Assembly: GCA_045646305.1 (NCBI GenBank)
Contig: JAZRKK010000065.1
Coordinates: forward strand, 11,660-75,659
Length of the DNA stretch: 64,000 bases
Direction of reading: 5' to 3'
From: Acutalibacteraceae bacterium
GTDB taxonomy: Bacteria; Bacillota; Clostridia; Oscillospirales; Acutalibacteraceae
This document shows positions 1 through 8,827 of this stretch, piece after piece. Numbering within the stretch: the first letter of the stretch is position 1; each line of letters starts with the position of its first letter. The position numbers and the translations under genes are program-made. The notes below the pieces were generated by a model, which was given only the letters and a program-made list of their open reading frames with translations, did no database searches and was not told where the DNA came from.

Positions 1-3000
1 ATCATGTTGATTACGTAACCACCGTTAATACGATCACTAAGTACTCTGCTCTTTCCATAATCAGACATACTTTCGTATGTAGCATCATTAGATGCTTGGC
101 CTATGAGATAATTAGTTTGAGTAGATGCGCTATTAACGCTTGAGTATGATTCATTTCCGTAAGTATAGCAATTGTTTACATATAGCGCTACACCTGAAGG
201 ATTTGCAAAGAGTATTGCGCCTTCGTTGGCACTGGTTGTTTTAGCTGCGATGTAACTGTTTGCTACGCCGCAATTTTCAATTACAACAAGGTCGCTTGTG
301 GTTTTGTCACCATAACTAGCACTTGGAGTATTAGCTGCGATAGCAGCCGCACGCCAACCACCTGATGCGTTGTTTACAGAAAGATATGCGTTTTTAACAG
401 TTACGTTTGAAATTGTAGCGTTACCATCAACGTTAGGGAACAATGCAGCATATTTGCTTTCTGCATTACAGTACATACCGTAAATTTCAACACCATTACC
501 ATCGAAGTGACCACCAAAGAAACCTGATGCCCAGCCTTGGAATGCTTTGTCTGTCCACTGGAGCAAACCAGTAGTTTTTGTAAAGTAGTCCTTAACTTCT
601 GTTACATTGCCACGTGATAAAATTTCACTTGCATGAGATTCATCCTGAAGAACAATTTTGCCGATATTGTCAGCAATTTCGAAGTATTTAGGTGTGTAAC
701 CATTAGCTTCACCATTTGTTGTGTAATCAAGACCTTGATATGCAACATAAGCAAGCTCGGCTGCTGTGTTGATGATGATTGGATTTTCTTTTGTACCTTC
801 ACCCTCGGTAGGTGCGGTACGGTTACCATCCCAATAAATTGTCTTTTTATTGGTTGGTGTGTACTCAGCTTGAAGAGGTGTTGGACAATCAGCGCCTATG
901 AGCCATTCTGTATCAAAGTCGAGAGCACAGGTTGATATTGCCTTTGCGCCTTTAAGGTCAGCGGGATTAATAGTTTTAATCTGATTGTCGGCATAATCAT
1001 ATTTCGAGTTCGCGAACTGAACTTGCTTTGACGGTGCGTCAGTATAAACATTGATGTAAGAACTGCTTTTTGCACCGCCGTTTTGGAAGTTATGTTTTGC
1101 TGATGAATATGGAGCAGCACCAATAAATATAGAGTCAGTAATCATGCTGTCAGCGTTGTTACCATAAGCAGCAATTGCGCTGAGTGTGTTACCATTTGCT
1201 TTCCAACCATTATCATTGTAATAATAAGTATCGCCTAAGGTAAGGCCTGTTGGGTTAGTAACATCATCGGTACGGTCAAAGCCCATGTTGTAAGATATAA
1301 CATCGTTTACCACACAGTTGTCAACCTTAAGTATCTGTTGGTAACCTCCTAGAGCCATTGAACCAAGCATAACAGCGCTGCTAGCATAAACTGTTGAACT
1401 TGCAGTAAAGCCACTTGTGCTACCACTTTGTCTGGTTGAAACTACGCAACATGATTCAACAGAAATATTACTAAATTTGTTTATACAATCTTTGTTAGTA
1501 TCATATTTTGCACTTGGAGATGACTCAGAAATAATTGCGCCACCGTATCCAATTACATATGAAGACCTAACGTTAATATTTTTGATTTCAGCCTTATATG
1601 TATATCCGAACAAGCTACCTGCGCCCGTGTGAACCATACCGTAGATTGTAACACCGTTACCGTCAAAATTACCTTGGAAAGGCTTATCATTGTTTGAAGA
1701 CCTGTTCCAGTTTTGCCAGGTAACACCCTTAGAGTTTCCTCCTAAGTTAAATTTCTGAGTGCTCCAACCACCATCAGTTTTGTAAGTAACTGTCTTGTTA
1801 GGATCATCAAACCAAGCCATTGTGCCTTCGGCATCTAGGTTTTTAAGTTCATCAAAGCCACCTGCATCATCAACACGAGTCTTTGTCTGTAAAACGAATG
1901 CTGAAATATTGTCAGGTACTTTGTAGTATTCCTTAGTTGTTGCAACACCTTCTTTTACAATGTAAAGAAGTTTTTCTGCAGTATCGATAATGAATGGGTT
2001 GCTTTCAGAGTTTGGTTTGCTTGGGTCAAGCAATGTAGGAGCAACGCCTGCGCCACCACCATAATAAACAACCTTGTTCTTCTGGGTTGGTACATCATTC
2101 TTAGTACCAAGAGCTGTGGTTGCAGCGTCGGCATAGTTAAGCAATGATGCTGCTACCTTTTTGTCAGCAAGTTCGTATTTTGCCTTGATTTCTTCACTTG
2201 CGTAAGTAACATCGCCACTCAAGATTGCGTTAGCGTATTCGCCAAGTGAAATTTGTTGTGACATACCCCACTCGGTTACAGAGCCATTTGTTGCAACAAG
2301 TGTAGGTACCCAAATGGTATTTACATCACGAGCTGCGAGGTTAGGAATTGTAAACATCATAGCATCTGCGCCCAATTTAGCACTTGCGCTTGATGCAGTA
2401 GGTTCGGTAAGAGTGATAAATTCGGTAACACCAGACTTGTCAGCCTTACCTACGTAAAGAACAGGGGTATAACCCGCTGAAGGAGTGAAGTGGAAGTTAA
2501 AGTCGAGTGTTCCATCTTCATTGTATGTCATATTGCTGCCGAGAAGTTCCATTTTACCGTTAGAGGTAGTTGAAACACTAGGCTTGTCGATAGCAGCAAG
2601 TGATGGATAATCATTTATGTTAGCAAACCATTCGCTACCCCATTTGAGGTTTGGCATAGCAGTTTTAGCGCCAGTACCGATAGCGTCAGATGGGTTTATC
2701 TTAGCAATTTGATTTGCTGCGTATGTAGTTTTTATACTACCGTTTATATATACATCAACAGTTTCTGCATCAGTATAAACATTCGAGAATCTTTCGGCAG
2801 TAAAGTTGGTCCAACCTGAGATGTTGGTCTTATCGCCGTAAGGAACAACGCCTAGAATAATAGAGTTAGTTACCTTATTTCTGTTGCTTGGGTTAGCTTC
2901 GTTAGTTTTATCGAAAGCCCAACCATTGATGAAATAAGTACTTGAGGTTGTTGTTTCGGTTGAGCCTGACTTTTTATAGGTAAGTGGTGCCATACCTGTG

Positions 3001-5813
3001 GTTGCTTTCCATAAGTCACCAAATTGGCCACCAAGTGTAAGGGGAACCTCGGCACTTGCGCTAGTGTAGTTTATGCCAGTGTTGCCATAAACTAAGCAAT
3101 TGTTTAAGTTGAACAAGTCACCGCTAACTGTACCTACGAACAAACCATGTTCGGTTATATTGCCCTTGTATGCTGATTCTACATAGCTGTTTATAAGAGC
3201 ACAGTCTTCGATGTTTATAACACCTGTATATTTAAGACCATAGATTGGTGAACCAGTCATAGCAACGATTGCACCAACACGTCTTGCAGAGTATATATAT
3301 GAGTTATTGAGTGAGAAACCACCAATTTCAATTGGGTTGTCGAGATTTGTGTCGTATCTAGTGGTAGTAGTGCTTGATAATTTTTCTACCTGATTTGCAG
3401 AATCCCAGCTACCGATTTTTACGTCTTTGTATACTGCGTTGCCTTCATCAGCAAAGTATGGGTCAACACATGAGAAAAGACCAGCATTGGTCTTGCCAGT
3501 TGTATAAAGACCGTAAATTTTAACACCGTTACCGTTGAAGTTACCATTGAAATACCATTCTTGTGTCAATGTAACCCAATCCTTAACGCCACTAAGGCCG
3601 GTAAGATAGGTTTTAACATCTTCAGCACTGGTAAGTCCCATAAGGTATTCAGCGTCTACAATGTTTTCAGGCTGAAGAATGATGTTTTTGATTCCATCAG
3701 CCATCTTGTACCATTTTCCGTTGAATGTACCACTCTTGTTGCCTAATGTACCACCTGCGTTACAGATATAGTTAAGCTCTTCAGCGGTATGAATGATGAT
3801 TGGGTTTTCTTTGCTACCATCAGCACCTTCTGCGTTTGCTGGTGCTACGGAAGTACCATCCCAATAGATTGTGCTTGATGCAGTAGCACCACCGCCAAGG
3901 AATGGATATTCGCCATCAGCACCATAGCTCCAAACAGAATCCCAAGCAAGGTTAGGACAGTTTGTAACCGCATTATAGCCCAATACACTTTCACCAGTGA
4001 TTGAGAACATAACTGCAGGAGATGAACCATCTACACCGTAGTTGATTGTTGTCCAAGCTGTTGCGGTATTAACGCCGTCTACTTTTTCAACCTTTGTCTG
4101 CCATTTCATAGTCAATGGAGCATCTGTGTATATGTTGCTGTAAAGCGAACGGGTTGAACGGTTAGCAGAAAAGCCGTTGCTAATGTCATTTTCACCTGTA
4201 CCATTATGTAGATATGGTGTAGCGCCCAAGATTATACTATTTTTGATAGTTGCTGCGCGATGAGCAATACCAGCGATAGTAGCACCGTAAGGATAGTTTT
4301 GATTTGATGCGAAAACGTTACCGTAAACTAAGCAGTTTTCGATATTAGCGCCTGCGCGACCAGCCCAAACTCCACTACGCTTCATATATGAATCAAATGG
4401 GCCTGCGATAAGACCATTGTTACGAACGTCAGTACCAGCAGCTGAGCTTGAATACATATAGTTGTTTACAATAGAACATTTTTTAACGTTCATATTCCAG
4501 TCGTAATATACACCGGTTTTGGAAATGCTCTTACCAACGATAAAGCCCATACCATAAGTACCAGTAAGATATGAGTTTTTAATGTTAACGTTAGAAATTG
4601 TTACGGTTTTTGTTGAAGCAGAGATAGCTTTGCTTGTGTCCTGTAAGGTTGCATTTAGTGCATCATCTACAACATGTACGTATGGGAAAAGACCGGCAGC
4701 ATCAGTGCTTCCCTGTAATACTTCATCATAAAGACCATAGAAAGTAGCGCCGTTACCGTCAAAGTTACCAGCAAACGCAAAGTCACTTGCACATCCAAAT
4801 GTAGCACTTGGATCGTTTGTTGTAGGCTTGTTTACATCCCACTTAAAGCCGCCATTTTCAACAAAGTATGCTTTAACTTCATTTGCGTCATCGCAATTCA
4901 TAACAGCTGAAGCAGCCTTTTCTGACTGTAATACAACATTGTCGATACCATCAGCCAACTTGAAGTACTTATCCTTAGTAGCGTCAATGCCAGCTTGTGT
5001 AGCAATATAGTAAAGTTCTTCTACGCTGTTGATGATGATAGGAGAAGCAGATGTACCAAGCTGTTCGCCATCTTCTTCGTCAATAAGCTCATCATCATAA
5101 GCACCTTCAGCACTCCAAGTAATGGTAAGACCATTTAAACTTTCAGTGCTTGGAACGAGCTGATAGCCAAGTTCCTCTTCGCAAATTGTACAATAAGAAT
5201 CTGCATATACAGAGTAACCATTTACTGTATCAACATTGATAGGTGAACCCTTTACTGCAACAACGTGTTCGCATTTTGCAGTAATATCGCATACGATATC
5301 AGCAGCGGTATATATAAATACATCGCCTTCGTTATCGTTACCATTTGTTAACTGCAATTTTTTAAGTGTTACAGGGAAAGGACCTGCAGTATTTACAGTT
5401 TTTGTAAACTTAAGTGTGATTTCAAGTGTGATTTTAGCGAAGTTGTCAGCGATTTCGTTAGCGCTGATATCCACCGCTTTACCGCCCTTTTCGAAAGAAA
5501 GGCCGTAGTCATCAGCTGCGAATGTTTCGCCATCGGCACGTTCGCCACCTGAAATTACAACGTTTTCGAGCACAAAACACTCAGACTCAACATCAAACAA
5601 TGCGTTATAAATACCGCCGTTTAATATGTTTGTTGAGTCGATTGTGAGGTTAACGGTAGCTTTTGTTAAATCTTTGCTAACAGAAGCGCTTGACCAGCTG
5701 TAACAAGCTGAGTCCTCGGCGTTAGCAGTAATCAAGCAACCAAAAACCGCGCTCGCACAGATTGCTATTGTGAGAATTACTGATAGCAATTTGCTTGAAA
5801 GTTTCTTTGTCAT
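1..5813 (-). CDS. Giant secreted modular cell-surface protein. About 1937 N-terminal codons are present; the C-terminus lies beyond the window start.
   Basis: Not in the ORF track because there is no stop codon inside the window. No other minus-strand ORF of 60 aa or more is listed in this frame. Hand translation from the ATG (complement of 5811-5813, AAGGAG about 11 nt upstream) stays open to position 3. The N-terminus MTKKLSSKLLSVILTIAICASAVFG looks like a signal peptide. Four modules each carry (E)NP[IF]II-x-[ST][AV]E[EK]L (near 5045, 3810, 2000, 790) and then F-x-G-x-F-[DN]-G-N-G-x-x-[IF]-Y-G (near 4760, 3530, 1660, 500). Confidence 0.8.
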   Translation of the reverse strand, partial: MTKKLSSKLLSVILTIAICASAVFGCLITANAEDSACYSWSSASVSKDLTKATVNLTIDSTNILNGGIYNALFDVESECFVLENVVISGGERADGETFAADDYGLSFEKGGKAVDISANEIADNFAKITLEITLKFTKTVNTAGPFPVTLKKLQLTNGNDNEGDVFIYTAADIVCDITAKCEHVVAVKGSPINVDTVNGYSVYADSYCTICEEELGYQLVPSTESLNGLTITWSAEGAYDDELIDEEDGEQLGTSASPIIINSVEELYYIATQAGIDATKDKYFKLADGIDNVVLQSEKAASAVMNCDDANEVKAYFVENGGFKWDVNKPTTNDPSATFGCASDFAFAGNFDGNGATFYGLYDEVLQGSTDAAGLFPYVHVVDDALNATLQDTSKAISASTKTVTISNVNIKNSYLTGTYGMGFIVGKSISKTGVYYDWNMNVKKCSIVNNYMYSSSAAGTDVRNNGLIAGPFDSYMKRSGVWAGRAGANIENCLVYGNVFASNQNYPYGATIAGIAHRAATIKNSIILGATPYLHNGTGENDISNGFSANRSTRSLYSNIYTDAPLTMKWQTKVEKVDGVNTATAWTTINYGVDGSSPAVMFSITGESVLGYNAVTNCPNLAWDSVWSYGADGEYPFLGGGATASSTIYWDGTSVAPANAEGADGSKENPIIIHTAEELNYICNAGGTLGNKSGTFNGKWYKMADGIKNIILQPENIVDAEYLMGLTSAEDVKTYLTGLSGVKDWVTLTQEWYFNGNFNGNGVKIYGLYTTGKTNAGLFSCVDPYFADEGNAVYKDVKIGSWDSANQVEKLSSTTTTRYDTNLDNPIEIGGFSLNNSYIYSARRVGAIVAMTGSPIYGLKYTGVINIEDCALINSYVESAYKGNITEHGLFVGTVSGDLFNLNNCLVYGNTGINYTSASAEVPLTLGGQFGDLWKATTGMAPLTYKKSGSTETTTSSTYFINGWAFDKTNEANPSNRNKVTNSIILGVVPYGDKTNISGWTNFTAERFSNVYTDAETVDVYINGSIKTTYAANQIAKINPSDAIGTGAKTAMPNLKWGSEWFANINDYPSLAAIDKPSVSTTSNGKMELLGSNMTYNEDGTLDFNFHFTPSAGYTPVLYVGKADKSGVTEFITLTEPTASSASAKLGADAMMFTIPNLAARDVNTIWVPTLVATNGSVTEWGMSQQISLGEYANAILSGDVTYASEEIKAKYELADKKVAASLLNYADAATTALGTKNDVPTQKNKVVYYGGGAGVAPTLLDPSKPNSESNPFIIDTAEKLLYIVKEGVATTKEYYKVPDNISAFVLQTKTRVDDAGGFDELKNLDAEGTMAWFDDPNKTVTYKTDGGWSTQKFNLGGNSKGVTWQNWNRSSNNDKPFQGNFDGNGVTIYGMVHTGAGSLFGYTYKAEIKNINVRSSYVIGYGGAIISESSPSAKYDTNKDCINKFSNISVESCCVVSTRQSGSTSGFTASSTVYASSAVMLGSMALGGYQQILKVDNCVVNDVISYNMGFDRTDDVTNPTGLTLGDTYYYNDNGWKANGNTLSAIAAYGNNADSMITDSIFIGAAPYSSAKHNFQNGGAKSSSYINVYTDAPSKQVQFANSKYDYADNQIKTINPADLKGAKAISTCALDFDTEWLIGADCPTPLQAEYTPTNKKTIYWDGNRTAPTEGEGTKENPIIINTAAELAYVAYQGLDYTTNGEANGYTPKYFEIADNIGKIVLQDESHASEILSRGNVTEVKDYFTKTTGLLQWTDKAFQGWASGFFGGHFDGNGVEIYGMYCNAESKYAALFPNVDGNATISNVTVKNAYLSVNNASGGWRAAAIAANTPSASYGDKTTSDLVVIENCGVANSYIAAKTTSANEGAILFANPSGVALYVNNCYTYGNESYSSVNSASTQTNYLIGQASNDATYESMSDYGKSRVLSDRINGGYVINM

Positions 5814-5979
5814 GATTTCTCAATCTCCTTTTTAGGTATCTAACATACCTTGATTTTTGTTCTGCGCACCTGCGCAGAGAAGAAATATAGACCGCCGGAT
5901 AACCCAATTTGCCCACTATATATAGTGGGGGTTATTGTATAAAATACAATAAGGGCATAATCGGCAAATATACTACTTT

Positions 5980-6008
5980 ATAATATATCAAAAGTGTTGC
6001 TTTGTCAA
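5980..6008 (-). promoter_or_regulatory. Sigma-A-like promoter for the giant surface-protein gene
   Basis: On the minus strand: TTGACA (6008-6003), a 17-nt spacer, then TATTAT (5985-5980). This implies a leader of about 160 nt. Confidence 0.4.
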
Positions 6009-6074
6009 TATATTTTTATAATTTGTTAATTTTTTTAAACTTTTTTAAAATATTACCTTTTTTGCGCAAAAATA

Positions 6075-6097
6075 AAAATCCGCCAACGGCGGATTTT
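6075..6097 (-). terminator. Rho-independent terminator after the dnaD/dnaC-like operon
   Basis: 10-bp stem AAAATCCGCC/GGCGGATTTT with a 3-nt loop. It starts 2 nt after the stop codon at 6099 and is followed on the minus strand by TATTTT. Confidence 0.75.
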
Positions 6098-6098
6098 G

Positions 6099-7052
6099 TT
6101 ATTTTTGTATTGCTTTAATTTGTCTTATATCATTGCCGATAAACTTTTTGGCTGTGTACTTTATTAGGCGTGATGCTACACGAGGTGTGTATTTGTTTGC
6201 TATGTCGCCCATTGAAAGATTTGTGTTTATAATGGTTGGTTTTCCACTTAGGTCGCGTGTGTTTATAATGTTGTAAAGCAAACTTTGTATATAAGGTGAT
6301 ACAAACTCGCCACCCAAGTCATCAATAACAAGCAAATCGCAATCAATCGCAGCGTTGTACTTTGTGTTGGTGTGGCGCTCAAAATGTTCGGTTTCCATTT
6401 CGCTAAACAAATTGTAAGCCGCGCCATATATAACATCAAAACCACGATTTAAAAGTTCATAAGTAATAGCCAAGGTAAGATGTGTTTTACCAAGACCTGT
6501 GTCACCCATAAAAAGTAGGCTTTCACTTGTTTTTGGATTAAAGTTTAAAACATATTCTCGACAAAGTTTCAAAATGGCGGTCATACGCTTACGAGGGTTG
6601 GCGCCATCAATATCTTCATTTTTGTAAAAATTAAGGTCGAAGTTTTCAAAACGACAAGTATCAAGCGGTAAACTTGAGGTTAAATCCTCGATAAGTAATT
6701 TTTTTGCTTGTGAGTGTATGCAATCGCAAATTTTTCCATTTATGTAACCGGTATCACGACAAGCATTGCATTCATAAACAACATCGGTAATACTTGCGCT
6801 TTTTAAAATTGCTTCGCGCAAAGCGGAAAGCTCGGTCATTTCGCTTTGAAGTTTGGCAAGAGTTGATGTATCGCCAGAAATGGCGATTGTTGCGATAGCG
6901 GCGCCGAGACTTGATAAACGAGAACTAATTTTTGCAAATTCGGGGTTTGTTTTTTGTAAGTTTTTTATAGCCTCATCAAACATAGCGTTTTTGTATCGCA
7001 ACACTTCTTGCTGTTTTTGAAACGCTTTTGCGTAACTTTGTTCACGTGTCAT
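6099..7052 (-). CDS. DnaC/DnaI-type replicative helicase loader ATPase
   Basis: Walker A GDTGLGKTHL, Walker B DLLVIDDLG, and an N-terminal Cys cluster CNACRDTGY..CDC. The start was moved to ATG 7052 (AAAGGA 9 nt upstream); the track start at 7070 is TTG. Confidence 0.8.
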   Translation of the reverse strand: MTREQSYAKAFQKQQEVLRYKNAMFDEAIKNLQKTNPEFAKISSRLSSLGAAIATIAISGDTSTLAKLQSEMTELSALREAILKSASITDVVYECNACRDTGYINGKICDCIHSQAKKLLIEDLTSSLPLDTCRFENFDLNFYKNEDIDGANPRKRMTAILKLCREYVLNFNPKTSESLLFMGDTGLGKTHLTLAITYELLNRGFDVIYGAAYNLFSEMETEHFERHTNTKYNAAIDCDLLVIDDLGGEFVSPYIQSLLYNIINTRDLSGKPTIINTNLSMGDIANKYTPRVASRLIKYTAKKFIGNDIRQIKAIQK

Positions 7053-7075
7053 AGGACAAGTTCCTTTCAAGTTGT

Positions 7076-7981
7076 TCAGTCATTATTTAGCATCTTTTCA
7101 AACAAATCCAAATCATAACCTGCGTAGTCGTTTTTTGTTGATTGTTTTGGTTTTTGTTTTTTAGATACTATTTGCTCGGGTTTTGTGATTGCATCTTTGT
7201 GCCAAGTTTCGATTATTTTAGCTATGTAGGCAAAAGATAGTTTTGTTTTTGAATCTATACAAGCATCGTAAGCCGCTTTGAGCAATTCGGAGCTTACGTT
7301 CCATTCGTTTATCCAAAGATTGCTAAGTTCGAGCTCTTTGGTGCTAGGGTTGCGGCGCTCTATACCAAAAGCGGTTTGCACCATCTGCCAAGCAAGGCTT
7401 TGTTTTGCCGACTCGGTAATAACAGCCTCGGCATCCATAACAGTTTCAACGCCACGACTTATCCAATTAGCTGCTGTTTTTTTGACAAAAGAAAGATTGC
7501 ATTTACCTTCGCGAGCAGCAAAACCCAAAAGCAACAATATAACCGAAGCATCCATACCGTGATCGTCATAAAGAGATACCAACAATTGACTTTCGTTTTG
7601 TTTTAAATTTCTGCCAAATTTGAGTTGTGCCTCACGAAGCAAAAACATTAACTGCTTATCCTCGAGACCTCGTTTTATAACATCTGAACGAGAAGGTAAC
7701 TCGGAATTTATGATAACAGTTTTAGGCTCGGTTTGTTTTTCTGCTTCGCCGAAAAGTATGTTACATTGTTGCCAAAAGTCGAGCGCATCGCAAACTTCGC
7801 TAATCGGTAAAGACAGCGCATCTGAAATGTTTTTTGGGTCTATACCGTTAGATATGTTTCGCATAAAAAACAATAAAACTTTCAGTTGGGTGTGGGTGGC
7901 CGTTTTTAAATATGTATCAGCAACCGCACTCGGAACAGCAAACGTGTTTCCAAATACGCTTGGGTTGATTGTGTATTTCAT
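7076..7981 (-). CDS. DnaD-domain replication initiation protein
   Basis: 301-aa ORF immediately upstream of the helicase loader. The C-terminal region (..SFAYIAKIIETWHKDAITKPEQI) is typical of the DnaD/DnaB_2 domain. Confidence 0.65.
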   Translation of the reverse strand: MKYTINPSVFGNTFAVPSAVADTYLKTATHTQLKVLLFFMRNISNGIDPKNISDALSLPISEVCDALDFWQQCNILFGEAEKQTEPKTVIINSELPSRSDVIKRGLEDKQLMFLLREAQLKFGRNLKQNESQLLVSLYDDHGMDASVILLLLGFAAREGKCNLSFVKKTAANWISRGVETVMDAEAVITESAKQSLAWQMVQTAFGIERRNPSTKELELSNLWINEWNVSSELLKAAYDACIDSKTKLSFAYIAKIIETWHKDAITKPEQIVSKKQKPKQSTKNDYAGYDLDLFEKMLNND

Positions 7982-8044
7982 AAAAACGCCTCCCTTTTAA
8001 ATAATGTATATATATTATATATAGGTAATTTTAGTTTGTAAAGA

Positions 8045-8827
8045 TTAAAAAATTTGACCTAGTAATTTTTTATGTGAGTCAAAAAGTTGCTGTGGTTCAC
8101 CAAAAGCGTTTCGGTAAACCTCGATAACAGCATCCCCAGCATAACCACGCTGGGTGGCAGTAGTTAAAAACTTTTTAAAATCAAAATTTCCTCCATTACA
8201 AGGAATCATACAATCGCTTTCGCTGTTGTGATCGCTTAAATGCAGATGCTTTATTTTGTTTCCTAAAAGATTTAAAACATCGTATGGTGAATAACCACCA
8301 CGTATGCTTTGCTTTACATCTAGGCAAAACTGTACGTTGTCACCCAAATAATTAGACATATCCTCAAGTGTTTCAAGGCTACCCGCACGGAAATTTACAA
8401 CATTTTCCTGAAGTAAGGTTGCTCCGTTTTGGCGTACAACCTCCGCTACACGAGCAAATCGGTCAAAGTAGCCGTGATTGTCCATTGTGCCATTATATTT
8501 ACCGCCGTGCATAATAACATATTTTGCTCCTAGTTCGGCAGCAATTTCGCCATAGCGCTTATAAATATCAAGCCCTTCGTAAAAACGGCGGTCATAATTT
8601 GAAAAAAGCATAAACGATTCAGCAAGCGACATTGTTGGATGAATGCTTGATACAGTTATATCATATTCATTTTTTATTTTTAAAAGTTCACTTGTGAATT
8701 CGGGTTGCAATTCGCAATTAGCGTTAAAAAATATTTCGGTAATTTCTACGCCATTTTGCGCTATCAGTTTAAAACAATCTTCGGTATACATTGGATAAAG
8801 GCATGATGTTGATATACCTATTTTCAT
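8045..8827 (-). CDS. Sugar phosphate isomerase/epimerase (xylose-isomerase-like TIM barrel)
   Basis: 260-aa ORF. The pattern MKIGISTS..., ..YVIMHGG.., ..LLQEN.., ..HLHLSDHN is typical of the AP_endonuc_2 / xylose-isomerase-like fold. Confidence 0.6.
   Translation of the reverse strand: MKIGISTSCLYPMYTEDCFKLIAQNGVEITEIFFNANCELQPEFTSELLKIKNEYDITVSSIHPTMSLAESFMLFSNYDRRFYEGLDIYKRYGEIAAELGAKYVIMHGGKYNGTMDNHGYFDRFARVAEVVRQNGATLLQENVVNFRAGSLETLEDMSNYLGDNVQFCLDVKQSIRGGYSPYDVLNLLGNKIKHLHLSDHNSESDCMIPCNGGNFDFKKFLTTATQRGYAGDAVIEVYRNAFGEPQQLFDSHKKLLGQIF

Noticed and set aside
602-5010. Short track ORFs of 60-100 aa on both strands (602-829, 633-935, 896-1123, 1417-1632, 2870-3055, 3561-3746, 3845-4030, 4828-5010) and 5236-5508
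   Set aside because: All lie inside the single long minus-strand frame of the giant surface protein and are in other frames. Their compositions are low-complexity mirror images of that gene, so they are treated as spurious.
5722-5916. 64-aa minus-strand ORF overlapping the start of the surface-protein gene
   Set aside because: It is in a different frame from the long ORF and has no RBS. It spans the leader palindromes and overlaps the signal-peptide codons, so it is most likely non-coding.
6099-7981. The dnaD/dnaC-like pair as a sign of a prophage or integrative element
   Set aside because: There are no integrase, capsid, terminase, repressor or att-like repeats nearby. The pair is followed by housekeeping genes in the same orientation, consistent with the chromosomal primosome-loading genes of Firmicutes.
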